In this document: one piece after another, positions 61,535 to 64,000 of the stretch
Layout of the letters: each line of letters opens with the position of its first letter
How positions within the stretch are numbered: position 1 is the stretch's first letter
Assembly: GCF_009914755.1 (NCBI RefSeq)
Contig: NC_060933.1
From: the human T2T-CHM13v2.0 reference genome, Homo sapiens
Reading direction: 5' to 3' (one strand)
DNA length: 64,000 nucleotides
Program-made: the position numbers and the translations under genes
The notes under the pieces: model-generated
Seen by the model: the letters and a program-made list of their open reading frames with translations, nothing else
Told to the model about the DNA's origin: nothing
Databases searched by the model: none

Positions 61535-63395
61535 GTAGGTGGAGTCGCACCCGGGGGTCCCAGCTGGGTCCGGGCGCCCATTCCCCTCCCAGCTGCCCGC
61601 GTCGCCGAGGGCGCCTGGCTGGGACAAGCACCGAGTCCTTTGTGTCTAGCCCATTTTTATTTTCGGTTTTAACCTTCACGACAGCCGCGGAGCATCTGAG
61701 CGCTTCTTCCTCTTTCCTCTTCCCCCGCGCTCCCCTCCCCTGCTGGCCGCTCCCCTCCTGTCGCCGCGTCCTCGCGTAGAATGGTTGTCTTGGCGACCGT
61801 TGGCCGCTGCCGCCTCCACGCTCTGCCCCGCGCCCAGACACCCCGACTCCCCTTGATCCCGCCGCCTGACTCCTCGGCGTACGTTCTCTCTCCGGTCTCC
61901 CCCTCCATGTCCCCTCCTCCCCTTTTCTTCCACATCACCGATCCTTTCTGGACTCTCTCCCTTCCTCCTTTCCAGCTGGGAGACAGGAAAAGCGGTCCTG
62001 TTTGGGAACAGTAAAAGCAGGGCAAGGAAAGGAAGGAGCGGCAGAAAGGAGGGGTGAGTCGAGGACACAGGGGCAGCCGGAGAATGCGGAGGAGCCGGGT
62101 CCTGAGCGCGGTCTAAGCGAGGCTCGGCTCTCGTCCAGGAACTCGGACGCGGGCTCGCCGGCTCTCCGCGCGCGGGAAGTCGAGCCCAGGACGCCGCCTT
62201 CAGGCCGGCGCGCTGACCCGGTGCCCCGACCCGGAGCCTGCGGTCTGCCTGGATCCGTCCTAAACCTCGCGGGCTGGACCCGCGGCCTGAGTGGGTGGGT
62301 GTGTGCCAGAGGATTCGGGACTAGGCCCAGCTCCGGGAACCTGGAAATGTGGCCCGCTTCTCAGTGGCTTCCTGTTCATGCGCTTGGGCCTAGTGGCCTA
62401 GTTGAAGAAGTGGAACCACAGCGTGAGCCGACAGGGCCTTACAGATCAGACGTCAAGCCCCCCAGACCTTACAGGGGAGGAAAGTGAGGCCTGCACTGGC
62501 CGAGCCACCCACTTAAGGCGGTGCGGTAGCCTAGAGGAGCGGCAGACTTCTCTTTCCCCATCCCCCGCCCCATCACTTGACGTTGCTGCCGGACCTCGGT
62601 ACAAACCCAAGACAAAACGGGGCCCTTTGGAAAAAGTGAGATTTAGCGATCACTCTTACGTAGCCACTCTAAATATCTATCTAGATATTTACAAATGCAC
62701 CTCCCCGGTAGGTAGATTTCACTCAGAATTTACCCAACACCGTGCTTTGTGCTGGGGCCACATGCCACCTTTCTGTCTAGTATGGCTGCTCTTTCTCCCT
62801 CTTCGCAAATATAGCTCTTTTTCCTTCAGGTCTCTTCTGAAGTAAGTAGCCCTTCCTCAGAAATGCTTCCCTTTTCAGGCACCCTCATACCACCGTGATT
62901 TTTTTCTTTATAGCACTTAGGACGAAGAGATTATTTTACTTATGTACTTGTTTACTTGTTTGTTGTGTAGAATGTCAGCTCTATGGGAACCAGATCCTTT
63001 TATGGGTCTTCCTCTGCACCTATGCCACGCCCCCAGCATTCCCCTCCTACCACCACCTTCAGCCGGCCTCCGCCTCTGTAGGGGGGCATTAGGTTTTCTG
63101 TCCCACAGAGGAAGGGCGCTTTAGAAAGGGTTAGTTCATCCTGGAAGAAAAACGATGTCGGATGCCAGCATAGTGTCATTTAAAGATACTGGAGGAATGG
63201 AGTGGGAGCGGTGAGGGTTTCTTGGGCCTAGACAATGTAACTAGTTGTTGCAATAAAGCATGGTGGGGAAAGGAGAAAAGGCACGTATTAAACATCTTTT
63301 GAAGTCGCTATCTATATCAGTCAGTTCTCCAGGGAAACAGAACCCATTGTGTGTGTGTGCGTGCCAGTACCACACATATGTATATGTATATACAC

Positions 63396-63776
63396 ACCGT
63401 CATGGGGTTGCTTAACAACAGGGATACATTCTCAGACATGTATCTTTAGGCGATTTCATTGTTGTGCAAACATCATATACAAACCTAGGTGGTATAGTCT
63501 ATTATACATCTAGGCTGTATGGTATGGGCTATTGCTCCTAGGCTGCAAACCTTTACAACATGTTACTATACTGAATACTGTAGATAATTGTAACAAAATG
63601 TAGTTTTATATCTAAACACATCTAAACATAGAAAAGGTAGTATGTTGTGCTACAACTTTAGGACAGCTATGACATCACTAGGGGATAGGAATTTTTCACA
63701 TCCATTATAATCTTATGGGACACCACCAATATGTGACTGTGGTTGACTGAAGCATCGTTATCCAGCACATGACTCT
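63396..63776. mobile_element. Tigger3-like DNA transposon inserted in an MLT2-like LTR (63315-64000)
   Basis: cgtcatg...gcttaacaacagggatacattctcaga start and catgact end; flanks carry MLT2 motifs. Confidence 0.75.
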
Positions 63777-63853
63777 GTGTGTGTATACAATTTTATATAT
63801 ACGTACATTATATGTCTACACACACATATGTGGGGGAGAGAAAGAGAGGGAGG

Positions 63854-63884
<31 letters not shown>

Positions 63885-64000
63885 AGAGAGAAAATACTTA
63901 TTTTAAGGAATTGTCTCAGAAAATGGTGGGGGTTGACAAATTGGAGACCCAGGGAAGAGTTGTTGTTGCAAGACTTGAATCCAAAGGCAATCTGGAAGCA

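Larger units (their letters stand above)
60450..62620. promoter_or_regulatory. ARF/ANRIL bidirectional CpG-island promoter (E2F site TTTCCCGC at 61044-61051, (GC)5 element at 60989-60998, CCAAT at 61364)
   Basis: Very CpG-dense; two divergent first exons a few hundred bp apart; motifs read directly. Confidence 0.9.

Noticed and set aside
61110-62845. ORFs of 77-161 aa in the ANRIL exon 1 / intron CpG island
   Set aside because: GC-driven stop depletion, mostly non-ATG starts and no homology recognised.

Overview
Human (primate) genomic DNA from the 9p21 INK4/ARF locus, recognised from the proteins it encodes. The complete CDKN2A gene lies on the minus strand: exon 1beta (p14ARF), exon 1alpha (p16INK4a/p12), the shared exon 2 read in two frames, cryptic exon 2gamma, and exon 3 with its 3'UTR. 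All splice sites and frames check out (p16 150+307+14 nt = 156 aa; ARF 193+206 nt = 132 aa; p16gamma 167 aa; p12 116 aa), and I see no coding lesion. On the plus strand are ANRIL (CDKN2B-AS1) exon 1, divergent from ARF; the CDKN2A-DT/C9orf53 ORF, tail-to-tail with CDKN2A; and, within an ERV-rich block, the two retrovirus-derived terminal exons (10 and 11) of long MTAP isoforms. The rest is dense with Alu, L1, MaLR/ERV1 LTRs (including a solo LTR12C), DNA transposons and microsatellites. This is a very well studied locus and I found no convincing new gene system. The best leads are regulatory or structural: a dual acceptor/donor at MTAP exon 10, a RAG-type heptamer at c.-981 of p16, an L2-derived bidirectional polyA element, an orphan CpG island and an LTR12C both pointing antisense into CDKN2A, an E-box/HRE-rich VNTR, a 3x44-bp NKX-motif repeat beside exon 2gamma, and a microhomology-flanked templated insertion inside an Alu. 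Repeat subfamily names and named variants come from memory of consensus sequences and literature, not from a search.
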